Below the pieces are notes generated by a model, which saw only the letters and a program-made list of their open reading frames with translations, was not told the origin of the DNA and searched no databases. A stretch of 64,000 nucleotides of DNA from Anaerolineae bacterium (GTDB lineage Bacteria; Chloroflexota; Anaerolineae; B4-G1; SLSP01), in contig DAOSNS010000002.1 in assembly GCA_035373625.1 (NCBI GenBank), positions 189,301 to 253,300 on the forward strand, in the 5' to 3' direction. A program made the position numbers and the translations under genes. Below, one piece after another: positions 11,809-20,204 of this stretch (the first letter of the stretch is position 1; every line of letters begins with the position of its first letter).

Positions 11809-12564
11809 ATGGAGAACCAACAATTGTCCCAATTGATCCGCCGGGAACTGCCGGGGATTCTGCGGCGCGACCGTGAGATGCGCGAGTGGGTCTTGAGTTT
11901 GACGCGCGAACGTTACGCGGACAAAGGCGAGACCGAAAGCCGCTTCGACCGGCTGCTGGAAGAACTACGCCGCGACCGAGAAGAGAATACCCGCAAGTGG
12001 GAGGAACAGAACCGTAGGTGGGAGGAGCAGAACCGCAAGTGGGAGGAGCAGAACCGTAGGTGGGAGGAGCAAAACCGCAAGTGGGAGGAGCAGAACCGCA
12101 AGTGGGACGAGAATCAGGCGACGATTAACGCGATGCTTGCCGAAATTCACGCCTTATCGCGGAAACACGATAGCACGATTGGCGCATTAGGCGCGCGCTG
12201 GGGCCTGCAAACTGAGCAATCTTTCCGCAATGCGTTGGCCGGGATTCTGGGATCTTCCTTTGGCGTCGAAGTATTGAATGTGACGGAATACGACGACGCG
12301 GGCGAAGTCTTTGGGCGGCCTGACCAGGTGGAATTGGACGTGATTATCCAGAATGGCTTATTGCTGCTCTGCGAAATCAAGTCATCTATGAGCAAATCGG
12401 ATATGGTCATCTTTGAGCGGAAAGTGCGCTTCTATGAAAAACGACACAACCGGAAGGCTGACCGGATCCTAGTGATCTCGCCGATGGTTGATGCGAGCGC
12501 CCGCGCGCTCGCAAACGAATTGGGTATTGAGGTTTACAGCTACGCCGAGGACGTGACACTGTAG
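11809..12564 (+). CDS. DUF3782-like protein: N-terminal coiled-coil with heptad tandem repeats and a C-terminal PD-(D/E)XK-like nuclease-fold domain
   Basis: 251 aa. Six or more copies of W-E-E-Q-N-R-K/R. C-terminal 'ELDVIIQNGLLLLCEIKSS' is an E-x-D...E-x-K-like arrangement. Family assignment from memory. Confidence 0.55.
   Translation: MENQQLSQLIRRELPGILRRDREMREWVLSLTRERYADKGETESRFDRLLEELRRDREENTRKWEEQNRRWEEQNRKWEEQNRRWEEQNRKWEEQNRKWDENQATINAMLAEIHALSRKHDSTIGALGARWGLQTEQSFRNALAGILGSSFGVEVLNVTEYDDAGEVFGRPDQVELDVIIQNGLLLLCEIKSSMSKSDMVIFERKVRFYEKRHNRKADRILVISPMVDASARALANELGIEVYSYAEDVTL
11995..12120 (+). repeat. 21-bp tandem repeat x6 (coding; AAGTGGGAGGAGCAGAACCGY-type units) inside the DUF3782-like gene
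   Basis: Seen directly. Units alternate aagtgggaggaRcaRaaccgY / aggtgggaggagcaRaaccgc. Confidence 0.85.
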
Positions 12565-12855
12565 CTGCTTCGGTGGGATGGGGACCGCAGTAGGGTGACG
12601 CTTGACATCTCCGGCAAGCAGGTCGGCATTTGCTACGTGGGAGGGCCGGTGGACGTGCACTCGCGCAATTTCAGCAAGGCGCGGACCAGGCTGCGCGGGG
12701 GGATCAGGCAGACGTATGCGTGGGTGGCGGGGTGGGTAAGGCAGTTTGCGGTATAGTGAAGTGTTGCGGGCTGTGACTATGCATAGGATGGGACGCTAGA
12801 CGTGTTATAGTAACCGAGTGTGCACGGGAGTTGCAGATAGAGACCCGGAGGGAAT

Positions 12856-13128
12856 ATGGACACGCAAGGCGCGAATGAAACACGGGCTGCAAATACATTG
12901 GTGATTCCAATCGAAATGGATTTGTCCGAAGCTAAATTGCTGGAAGCCTTTCGGCGATTGTCAGCTAAACGGCGGGCGGACTTGCTCGATAAACTGCAAA
13001 CACTCCGTGAACCGATTTTACGAACGGTATCGGCTAACACCTTGTATCGCTTAACGGCCTTGGTGTCATTAGGGGGTGATGCTATGGCCGATGCAGAGGC
13101 GTTGTACGATGGTAGTAATGGCAATTGA
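12856..13128 (+). CDS. Putative antitoxin partner of the downstream PIN toxin
   Basis: 90-aa ORF whose stop overlaps the PIN start (ATGGCAATTGA). Position and size fit a type II antitoxin. No recognisable motif. Confidence 0.35.
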   Translation: MDTQGANETRAANTLVIPIEMDLSEAKLLEAFRRLSAKRRADLLDKLQTLREPILRTVSANTLYRLTALVSLGGDAMADAEALYDGSNGN

Positions 13129-13569
13129 TACGAATGTGTTGGTCGGTTTGCTAGATGACAACGACAAGTGGCACACCTTCTCGGTGGCTTTGCGGGATGC
13201 ATTATATGAAGCCGGAGTAGGTTGATCTATTTTGATTGCGTGGTCAATGAAACTGTTAGTGTGTTGGTGCGACGCATTTATGAGCAACAACGCCTTGAGC
13301 AATTGTGTCCATTGTTGGATCAACTACACGAGTGTGTGCCGGTGTGCGACATGACGTGGATTGCTGGAGAGAGTAAACGCTTCTATGCCGAGATTATGCG
13401 TTTGGTGCGTAATTCGTCCGGGAAGTTGAACTATCATGATGCGCTGCTTGCGTTAATTTGTTGTGAACAAGGTGTAGACGCTTTAGTGAGTTTTGATCGA
13501 GACTTTGATGAGTTGGATTGGCTGACGCGCATTGAGCAGGCTTCTCAAGTAGCAGCATTGCTAACCTAG
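13118..13569 (+). pseudogene. PIN-domain (VapC-like) toxin gene interrupted by a frameshift near 13220
   Basis: N-terminal part 'MAIDTNVLVGLLDDNDKWH...' (frame 2) stops at 13223. The remainder, 'IYFDCVVNETV...YHDALLALICCEQGVDALVSFDRDF' (PIN C-terminal acidic residues), continues in frame 1 from 13222. Confidence 0.5.
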
Positions 13570-13662
13570 ATTCGTCTGCAGTGGATTTATGTGTTCGCGT
13601 GAAAGACGGCGTGCAAACTGGTGAATTCGCCGATGGAGGAGGAACGCGCGCGGAATGTGGCG

Positions 13663-13754
13663 TTGAGGTTTACAGCGACGCCGGGGACGTTGCCAGGCTA
13701 ACGATTGCGGTTAGAATGAGAGTGAGCTGAACAAGTCGAGACACTTCGCTTACC
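13663..13754 (+). repeat. Copy 2 of the DUF3782-like C-terminal fragment plus conserved 3' flank
   Basis: See copy 1 at 11284-11400. Roughly 90% identity over the shared part, judged by eye. Confidence 0.65.
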
Positions 13755-13870
13755 TTTTTCCTGGCGCGGTTTGATCGTTATCAAATTGAGGGACGGTATC
13801 CCGATTTATTACCGGTTGCGCCGAGTGTCGCTGTAGTGCGCGCCGAATTGGCCCAAGCACAGGAGATCTT
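13745..13870 (+). pseudogene. C-terminal remnant of a HEPN-domain gene, truncated at its 5' side by the repeat copy
   Basis: Frame reads '...FLARFDRYQIEGRYPDLLPVAPSVAVVRAELAQAQEIFEWLNQQL', the typical HEPN C-terminal end with no N-terminal half present. Confidence 0.45.
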
Positions 13871-13873
13871 CGA

Positions 13874-14206
13874 ATGGTTGAACCAGCAATTACCAGGGGG
13901 GTGCAGGATTACCTGTGTGCTGTGCGGCAAGCCGGAATATTGGCGCGGTATGCAGTCCTGTTTGGTTCGCACGCACGCGGCGATGCCTGCCCAGATAGCG
14001 ACATTGACTTACTGGTTGTTACGCCGGAGTTCGATGGGCTGTATGATCGTCGTCAGGTCGATCTCCTGTGGGCCTTGCGTGCCTTTACTGATAGCCGCAT
14101 TGAACCCATTGCCGTGGGCGAGCAGCGTTGGCGCGACGATGATGCCAGTCCGCTCCTGGAAATTGCGCGGCGGGAGGGACAGGAAATTGCCGTCGCATCG
14201 GTGTGA
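13874..14206 (+). CDS. Minimal nucleotidyltransferase (MNT) domain protein
   Basis: 110 aa. 'AVLFGSHARGDACPDSDIDLLVV' is the GS...DxD nucleotidyltransferase motif. Confidence 0.75.
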   Translation: MVEPAITRGVQDYLCAVRQAGILARYAVLFGSHARGDACPDSDIDLLVVTPEFDGLYDRRQVDLLWALRAFTDSRIEPIAVGEQRWRDDDASPLLEIARREGQEIAVASV

Positions 14207-14213
14207 GATGCAA

Positions 14214-14895
14214 TCAGTTGCATATTACCTTAAACGTGAGCCAACTACCATCCCGCTGGCGCTTGCGCCGCGTCACAGCCAGTTGCCCGCAGCCACGGTA
14301 ATGGAGTGTCGTGGGAATCTGGGTACTATCCACCGCCGCCATCACCTGCGCGGGAAAGAGGTGTGCGGCTGCCAGCAACTGGATCGTCCCGTTGAAGAGG
14401 TCCGCCAGTACGGCCGCGCCGGCTTTACAGATGGTACTGGCCAAGGTCTGCGGATCCATCAACACGTATAGGTGCGCCCCTGTGCGCTGTGCTGCGCCGC
14501 GCTATGTCATCCGGTGTTCTACCAGATACGCATTGAAACCGATCAATGTCATCACTGCGACATTGCTGAACAGCAGCGCGGGAAGCGTGTTCGTGGAGTC
14601 GATCCCCAAGAGGATGCGCGTGCCGTAGAGCAGTACGAAATAGATGGCTGGTAGAAACACACGGTAGACGTGGGCAATGGTGAAGGTCTGCCAATGTTCC
14701 AAGATAGGCAACTCACGCAAGAACACGAAGAAGCCATCCAGCAAGCCAGCTTCATCCAAGGTATGCACCGTGTCTGTGGCTTGCCCTTGATAGATGGCCT
14801 GAGCGACACCCTGGTCATCCCGTTCGGCGAAACGCTAGTCCAGATTCTCAGCCAAGTTGTTGCGGATATCGGCAGCGGTTTGCGCCCGTTGTGTC
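14214..14895 (-). pseudogene. Degraded gene of unknown function: a start with ribosome-binding site at 14895, an in-frame stop after about 20 codons, and the remainder spread over two frames
   Basis: Minus-strand reading gives 'MTQRAQTAADIRNNLAENLD*' and then further ORF pieces ('...HTLDEAGLLDGFFVFLRELPILEHW...', 'MLMDPQTLAST...'). No family recognised. Confidence 0.25.
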
Positions 14896-15010
14896 ATCGT
14901 TCTCCTCACACCGACAAGATACTGAGGCTATATCACAAATTGCCAGCTATGATCCAAATGTTAATGTGCTATCCTTCACTATTAATGCAAATTATTATAC
15001 CGTAATTTTA

Positions 15011-15961
15011 GTAGGAGTAACCCAAGTTGCTACTCACTGAACTTAAGCGGAAAAACCAGGACAAATAGAAAGACTTTGAGTTCAAAGCCAGCAGCGGTCA
15101 CGGCATGAATAGATTTCGGCAGGAGTTGTTCAATCAAGCTGCCTGCTGTTTCCACCTTTTTACGATGCAGATTTTGGAGGTAGCGGATCCACGGCGGGAG
15201 GGGCCGTTTGGAATTTGCTTTGCGCATCGGGAGGAACTCCGAACCCGCTAAGCCATCGACATTGGCGAAATCGTCCTCAAAGTCGTAATCGGTATAGCCG
15301 CGATCGGCGTAAATGGTCGAACCCGCGGGCAAGTCAAAGGCAAAGTCTTCCAGCGTGCTCACATCCGCTACGGACCCGGGCGTGAGAAAGACTTCGACTG
15401 GCAGACCATCTTGGGTGACGAGTAAATGCACTTTGACACTGTAAAAGTAGCGTTTTTTACTGGCGCAGTACCCGCGATAGGTCTCATCGTGATAAATCTT
15501 GGCCCGGCGGATGCGGATATTGTCACACACCGCCACCGGGAACGAGTCGATGCTATAGATCGAGTCCGTGTTCAACGTTTTCCAGTAATCGGCTAAAGCG
15601 CCAAATATGCACCAGAACAGCCCCGCCAGGCGCTGTAAACGCCGACTAAAGCGACTGGGGCCGAGCATCTTGGGCATATAACCGTGTTCATGCAGCATCT
15701 TACAAGCCGCGGCGTAGTTACCGTCGAAAAACATGGCCGCGGTCAGGGCGGCGGTCATGACTTCGGCGTCGCTCATTTGGCACTGCGGGTCTTCATAATG
15801 ATGCAACCCTTTCAAGATATCATCACAAATGCAGAAAGCGGCTATAATTTGCGTATCCATGGATTCCCTCCGGTTTAGTCTTGGATTGTTCACCCGTAAC
15901 TATACCGCGGAATCCATGATTTTCTACTCTTTTCATAAGGTAGCAACTTGGGTTAGGAGTA
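15011..15961 (-). mobile_element. Intact insertion sequence (~950 bp): single DDE transposase ORF, 14-16-bp terminal inverted repeats and an 8-bp target-site duplication
   Basis: Left end TAGGAGTA|ACCCAAGTTGCTAC... and right end ...GTAGCAACTTGGGT|TAGGAGTA. The inverted repeat and flanking direct repeat TAGGAGTA were read directly. Confidence 0.7.
15030..15893 (-). CDS. DDE transposase (IS4/IS5-superfamily, IS982-like size)
   Basis: 287 aa. '...STIYADRGYTDYDFEDD...' DxGY-type motif. Sits between the inverted repeats. Confidence 0.7.
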   Translation of the reverse strand: MNNPRLNRRESMDTQIIAAFCICDDILKGLHHYEDPQCQMSDAEVMTAALTAAMFFDGNYAAACKMLHEHGYMPKMLGPSRFSRRLQRLAGLFWCIFGALADYWKTLNTDSIYSIDSFPVAVCDNIRIRRAKIYHDETYRGYCASKKRYFYSVKVHLLVTQDGLPVEVFLTPGSVADVSTLEDFAFDLPAGSTIYADRGYTDYDFEDDFANVDGLAGSEFLPMRKANSKRPLPPWIRYLQNLHRKKVETAGSLIEQLLPKSIHAVTAAGFELKVFLFVLVFPLKFSE

Positions 15962-15963
15962 AT

Positions 15964-17355
15964 ATGATAAACGATAATATTAAACAGGTTATTGATGGCG
16001 GTTATTGCATTGGTTGTGGTGCTTGTGCGGCCTTGCCAAATTCTCTTTTTGTAATGGAAATAAATCAGTATGGGCAGTTAATGGCAGTTGATCGTGGTGA
16101 TTTATCTAATGAGACATTTTCTACAAACTTGGATGTTATTTGCCCTTTTTCTAATAAAGCACCTGATGAAAATACGATAGCCCGGGCACTGTTTGGCGGT
16201 GTGATACCTTATGATGAATATGCCGGCTACTACCAAGATATTTATGCCGGATATGTAATAGAGGACGATTATCGAAAAAACGGTAGTTCTGGGGGGAGTG
16301 TTTCTTGGTTAGCAGCAGAACTGATCCAGTTAGGATTAGTAGATGGTATTATCCATGTAAAATCTCTGGAAAACAATCCTTCGCGTTTGTTTGGCTATGC
16401 TATTTCAACAAGCGTAGAGCAAGCCAGGCAAGGGGCTAAGTCTAAATATTACCCGATAGAAATGTCAGAAGTTATAAAATTGGTACGAGAGCAGCCAGGA
16501 CGTTATGCTTTTGTAGGGTTGCCCTGCTTTGTGAAAGCGGCGCGATTATTAACTCGAAATGATCCTGTTTTGGCAGAACGAATAGTATTTTTTATTGGAT
16601 TAGTTTGTGGACATTTAAAGAGTACAAAGTTTGCAGAAATGTTAGCTTGGCAGTGCGGAATTGCGCCTGAAAAGCTGGATTATATTGATTTCCGAGTCAA
16701 ATTGCCGGAATATCCCGCTAATAAATACGGTATACGAGTGCGATCTGGATCAGTGGATTATTCTATGACACAACCTGTTGATAATTTATTCGGTAGTAGT
16801 TGGGGATTGGGGTTTTTCCGCTATAAGGCCTGTGATTATTGTGATGATGTTGTTGCGGAAACTGCAGATGTTACTATTGGAGATGCCTGGCTCTCGCGTT
16901 ATATAAAAGACAGCGCGGGAACTAATTTGATCATTGTACGAAATCCGATCTTATCTGAAGTAATCGGAGATGCAGTTCGGACATCTAGGTTGAAATTAGA
17001 TGAATTGTCTGTGAGTGATGTTTACCATTCTCAGGCGGGTGGATTCCGCCACAGACGAGACGGACTGGGGTATCGCCTTTACTTGGCGGATTCTGAGCAT
17101 ATATGGCGTCCAACAAAGCGTGTTCAACCTCATGATGGAAAACGATTTGGTAGACGTTGGCGCCAAAAGCAGCGATTGCGAGTACAGATGGCAGAACAAA
17201 GCCATTTGGCTTTCCACGAAGCCGCTATTCAAGGTGATTTTGATGTCTTTAAACGGCAGATGCAGCCTCTATTAGATGCCTATTTAAAGGTTGCGCGACC
17301 GACATTAGGGCAGCGAATCTCTTATGTCTTAAAGAAACTAAAATTGAGACCATGA
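15964..17355 (+). CDS. Coenzyme F420 hydrogenase/dehydrogenase beta-subunit-like (FrhB-family) Fe-S protein, the type usually paired with polysaccharide pyruvyl transferases
   Basis: N-terminal 'CIGCGACAALP' cysteine cluster. About 460 aa. Immediately upstream of a pyruvyl transferase gene. The start was moved to the ATG at 15964, just outside the IS end; the ORF track start at 15829 lies inside the IS. Confidence 0.6.
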   Translation: MINDNIKQVIDGGYCIGCGACAALPNSLFVMEINQYGQLMAVDRGDLSNETFSTNLDVICPFSNKAPDENTIARALFGGVIPYDEYAGYYQDIYAGYVIEDDYRKNGSSGGSVSWLAAELIQLGLVDGIIHVKSLENNPSRLFGYAISTSVEQARQGAKSKYYPIEMSEVIKLVREQPGRYAFVGLPCFVKAARLLTRNDPVLAERIVFFIGLVCGHLKSTKFAEMLAWQCGIAPEKLDYIDFRVKLPEYPANKYGIRVRSGSVDYSMTQPVDNLFGSSWGLGFFRYKACDYCDDVVAETADVTIGDAWLSRYIKDSAGTNLIIVRNPILSEVIGDAVRTSRLKLDELSVSDVYHSQAGGFRHRRDGLGYRLYLADSEHIWRPTKRVQPHDGKRFGRRWRQKQRLRVQMAEQSHLAFHEAAIQGDFDVFKRQMQPLLDAYLKVARPTLGQRISYVLKKLKLRP

Positions 17356-17367
17356 ATTGAGGCGGAA

Positions 17368-18651
17368 ATGAAAAACATACTAATTATCAATCAACATAGT
17401 GATAATCGAGGCGACCAGGCTGCCTGTCGTGCGATGGTGCGGTCGTTGGAACGAATGATGCCCGATTCTTATTTTACAATTGTTTCTTATAGTCCTCAGT
17501 TTCCACTCATTACAGGAGAGAATATTTCTCACTTGGGCTTCAACGCCTTCTCAAAGAAGAATCTGATCTTATCAACTTTATGGGCGATTTTCCCTTTTCT
17601 GCGTAGGGCATTATCATCATCCATTGCGTCAGAAAATCTTTCCATTTTGCGCGCTTATCAGTCGGCGGATATTGTCATTTCTGCGCCTGGAGGGCCTTAT
17701 ATTGGCGATTTGTATAGTATGGAGTTGCGATTTTTGTATTTTGATTGGCTCTCAAGTGTATTCAATAAATTATGGATAATTTATGCCCCTTCCATGGGAC
17801 CGTTTAATAAGCAAGGGCGTAATATTCTGCGTCGCTATGTTTTGAATAAGGCTGTGTGTATTTTGGTGCGTGATCCCATATCGTTTGAGCATGTAGAAAA
17901 ACTGAAGCTAAAACCGCCGCTGTTCCTGGCTGCCGATAGCGCTTTGCAGGAGAACTTTAACGATTGTGATTTACAATCTCTGAAAAAAAGAGCAAATATA
18001 CCTGATAATGTAGAATTGTTAGTTGGGATGACTCCTGCCGATCTAAGTTGGCACCCTTCCCGCTTGAACACGCCCGAAGATTCTTCTATTCTTACTACAG
18101 AACAAATAGCCTTGATTCTTGCGAAAACTCTGGATTGGCTATGGGAAGAATATCGAGCGTGTACGGTGTTCTTTCCACAACTTTTTGGACGGCAAAGCGA
18201 CCGAGACATTATAGAAAAGGTTATTGCGTTCGCCGAACATGGTCATACAGCGAAGATATTACCTTTTGAAATGGATTCAGACGATCAACAGTGTTTGGCG
18301 CGCGCGATGGATTTATTTATTGGTATGCGCTATCATTCGGCTATTTTTGCCGCGAAAGCATACACGCCTGTGATTTGCGTCGCTTATGAACATAAAGCTG
18401 TCGGATTTATGCAAAGCGTTGGATTGGGTGAGTATGTTATTCTCGTTGATCAATTGTCCGAAGACAGACTTAAAACACTTGTAAAGAAGTGCCTTAGTGA
18501 GTCGGCAGTTATAACAGATCACTTGCGAATCACTATGCCAGATTTAGAATCGAAAGCTTTATTGAGTTCAAGGGTCGTGACCGATATCTTGACCGCTTTT
18601 GGCTCGAACCGAAACATGTTGCGGCGCACTCTTGTCGAGAAATATCATTAG
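17368..18651 (+). CDS. Polysaccharide pyruvyl transferase family protein (CsaB/WcaK-like)
   Basis: 427 aa. 'NILIINQHSDNRGDQAACRAM' N-terminal motif characteristic of PS_pyruv_trans. Confidence 0.7.
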   Translation: MKNILIINQHSDNRGDQAACRAMVRSLERMMPDSYFTIVSYSPQFPLITGENISHLGFNAFSKKNLILSTLWAIFPFLRRALSSSIASENLSILRAYQSADIVISAPGGPYIGDLYSMELRFLYFDWLSSVFNKLWIIYAPSMGPFNKQGRNILRRYVLNKAVCILVRDPISFEHVEKLKLKPPLFLAADSALQENFNDCDLQSLKKRANIPDNVELLVGMTPADLSWHPSRLNTPEDSSILTTEQIALILAKTLDWLWEEYRACTVFFPQLFGRQSDRDIIEKVIAFAEHGHTAKILPFEMDSDDQQCLARAMDLFIGMRYHSAIFAAKAYTPVICVAYEHKAVGFMQSVGLGEYVILVDQLSEDRLKTLVKKCLSESAVITDHLRITMPDLESKALLSSRVVTDILTAFGSNRNMLRRTLVEKYH

Positions 18652-18671
18652 CATCTTGTGAGCGTATTTTA

Positions 18672-20204
18672 ATGAAAACTGTCCAAAAAAATATAGTTTT
18701 TAATGTGATTCAGACTTTTGTTCCCTTGATTGTATGGATCGGTCTTACTCCTCTTATTTTGCGTTCTCTTGGCCCCACACGTTTTGGGGCTTGGGCAGTT
18801 ACTCAATCAGTTGTTGGATATATGGGAATACTGGACTTGGGTATCGGCCCTACGGTGATCAAGTTGGTCGCTGATGCAACCTCTCACCAAGATTGGCAAA
18901 GGGCGCGATGTGTAGGTGGTTCAGCATTATTGGCCTATGGCGTCCTAGGTGGTATTGCCGGCATTGTAGTTTTTGGCGGATTACCCCTTTTTATGCGAGC
19001 CGTGTATGATTTACCTCCTGATGTGGAGCTACAGTTAAATCAAATAGCTTTGGTATTTGGCGTGCAAATTATTATTTCCCTACCAGGGAGTGTATTCCCC
19101 AGTATTGCTCGCGGTTTACAGCGCTATGAAATCTATGCGACTCAGCGTGTTGTACAAGTCTTTTTAAATGCGTTTTTTATTATCTTTTCGCTCAGAAAAC
19201 AGTGGGGAGTTTTGGGCGTGATTGGCTCTGGAACTCTGGCTACTTCCCTGACCTATTTGGGAATGATGCTATGGACTTGGGGATTGGCCCGCAATGTTTT
19301 TCCGACGTGGAAAGGCGTAACCTGGGATTCCTTGAAATCCCTTACGACGTACAGTTTCCTGGTTTTTATCCTGCAAGTTTCAGGGGTCGTGATATTTAGT
19401 ACCAGTAAAATTATTCTTGGGGCTGTTACATCCCTGGATGCGGTCACGGTGTATGATGTAGCGTCGCGCATTTTTGATTATCTTCGGACTATGACCACGG
19501 CATTAACGGATGCTTTGATGCCGGCGGCTGCAAGTTTGCAAGCGATGGGTGAGGAGCAAAAAGTCCGCAAGTTATTTGCAGATGGGGTTTCTAGTATGGT
19601 GACATTCTTTTTGTTGGTTGCAGTCCCTCTTTTCGCTCTTGCCCCGTTAGTGACACTGGCCTGGGTTGGTGAAGAAATTGGGGTACAATCCGGACTGGTA
19701 TTACGAATTTTGTTGATAGGATTTGGAGCTTATTGTTTGACCCGGGTGCCGATGACCGTGTTGATGGGGACGGGTAAAATTAAGGTATATGCCATAGTGC
19801 GTGCGATTTCTATTTTGTTTATTCCTTTACTTGTATGGGGCGGGGCCTGGAAATTTGGGGTGATAGGTGTTGCGATTGCAAGCAGCGTGGGGTTGTTGTT
19901 GATAGATGGCTATCTTTTTGTTTATGCGTGCAAATTATTTAAGGAGAGTATTTGGACTCCTTTGAAAGACAACTTATTGCTTCTCTTGTCAGCGTTTTTT
20001 GCAACTATTGTCGCTATATTCCTTTCTCACTTTCTAGTGTCTCAACCATGGAATATTTGGTTGCACATTGTTATTACTGGATTTATATGGGTAGGAGTTT
20101 TTGGTGGACTGAGTAGTGCAGGTTACACACTGAAATTGTGGCATTTGCCGCAACTTGTAAACGCACTCCCTTTTGTCCATGGCCAGAGTGAAAGAGAATT
20201 TTAG
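18672..20204 (+). CDS. wzx: Wzx-like polysaccharide flippase (MOP superfamily)
   Basis: 510 aa, roughly 12-14 predicted TM segments. N-terminal 'NIVFNVIQTFVPLIVWIGLTPLILRSLGPTRFGAWAV' is typical of the polysaccharide biosynthesis protein family. Confidence 0.75.
   Translation: MKTVQKNIVFNVIQTFVPLIVWIGLTPLILRSLGPTRFGAWAVTQSVVGYMGILDLGIGPTVIKLVADATSHQDWQRARCVGGSALLAYGVLGGIAGIVVFGGLPLFMRAVYDLPPDVELQLNQIALVFGVQIIISLPGSVFPSIARGLQRYEIYATQRVVQVFLNAFFIIFSLRKQWGVLGVIGSGTLATSLTYLGMMLWTWGLARNVFPTWKGVTWDSLKSLTTYSFLVFILQVSGVVIFSTSKIILGAVTSLDAVTVYDVASRIFDYLRTMTTALTDALMPAAASLQAMGEEQKVRKLFADGVSSMVTFFLLVAVPLFALAPLVTLAWVGEEIGVQSGLVLRILLIGFGAYCLTRVPMTVLMGTGKIKVYAIVRAISILFIPLLVWGGAWKFGVIGVAIASSVGLLLIDGYLFVYACKLFKESIWTPLKDNLLLLLSAFFATIVAIFLSHFLVSQPWNIWLHIVITGFIWVGVFGGLSSAGYTLKLWHLPQLVNALPFVHGQSEREF

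Noticed and set aside
11995-12120. Regular 21-bp tandem repeats considered as a possible CRISPR-like array
   Set aside because: Units are contiguous with no spacers, lie inside an ORF and encode perfect protein heptads (WEEQNRK). They are a coding tandem repeat.
14214-14895. Considered calling the degraded minus-strand ORFs an IS4-family transposase remnant
   Set aside because: I could not find the Y-x2-R-W-x-I-E or DDE signatures. Parts look hydrophobic or membrane-like. Left as an unassigned degraded gene.
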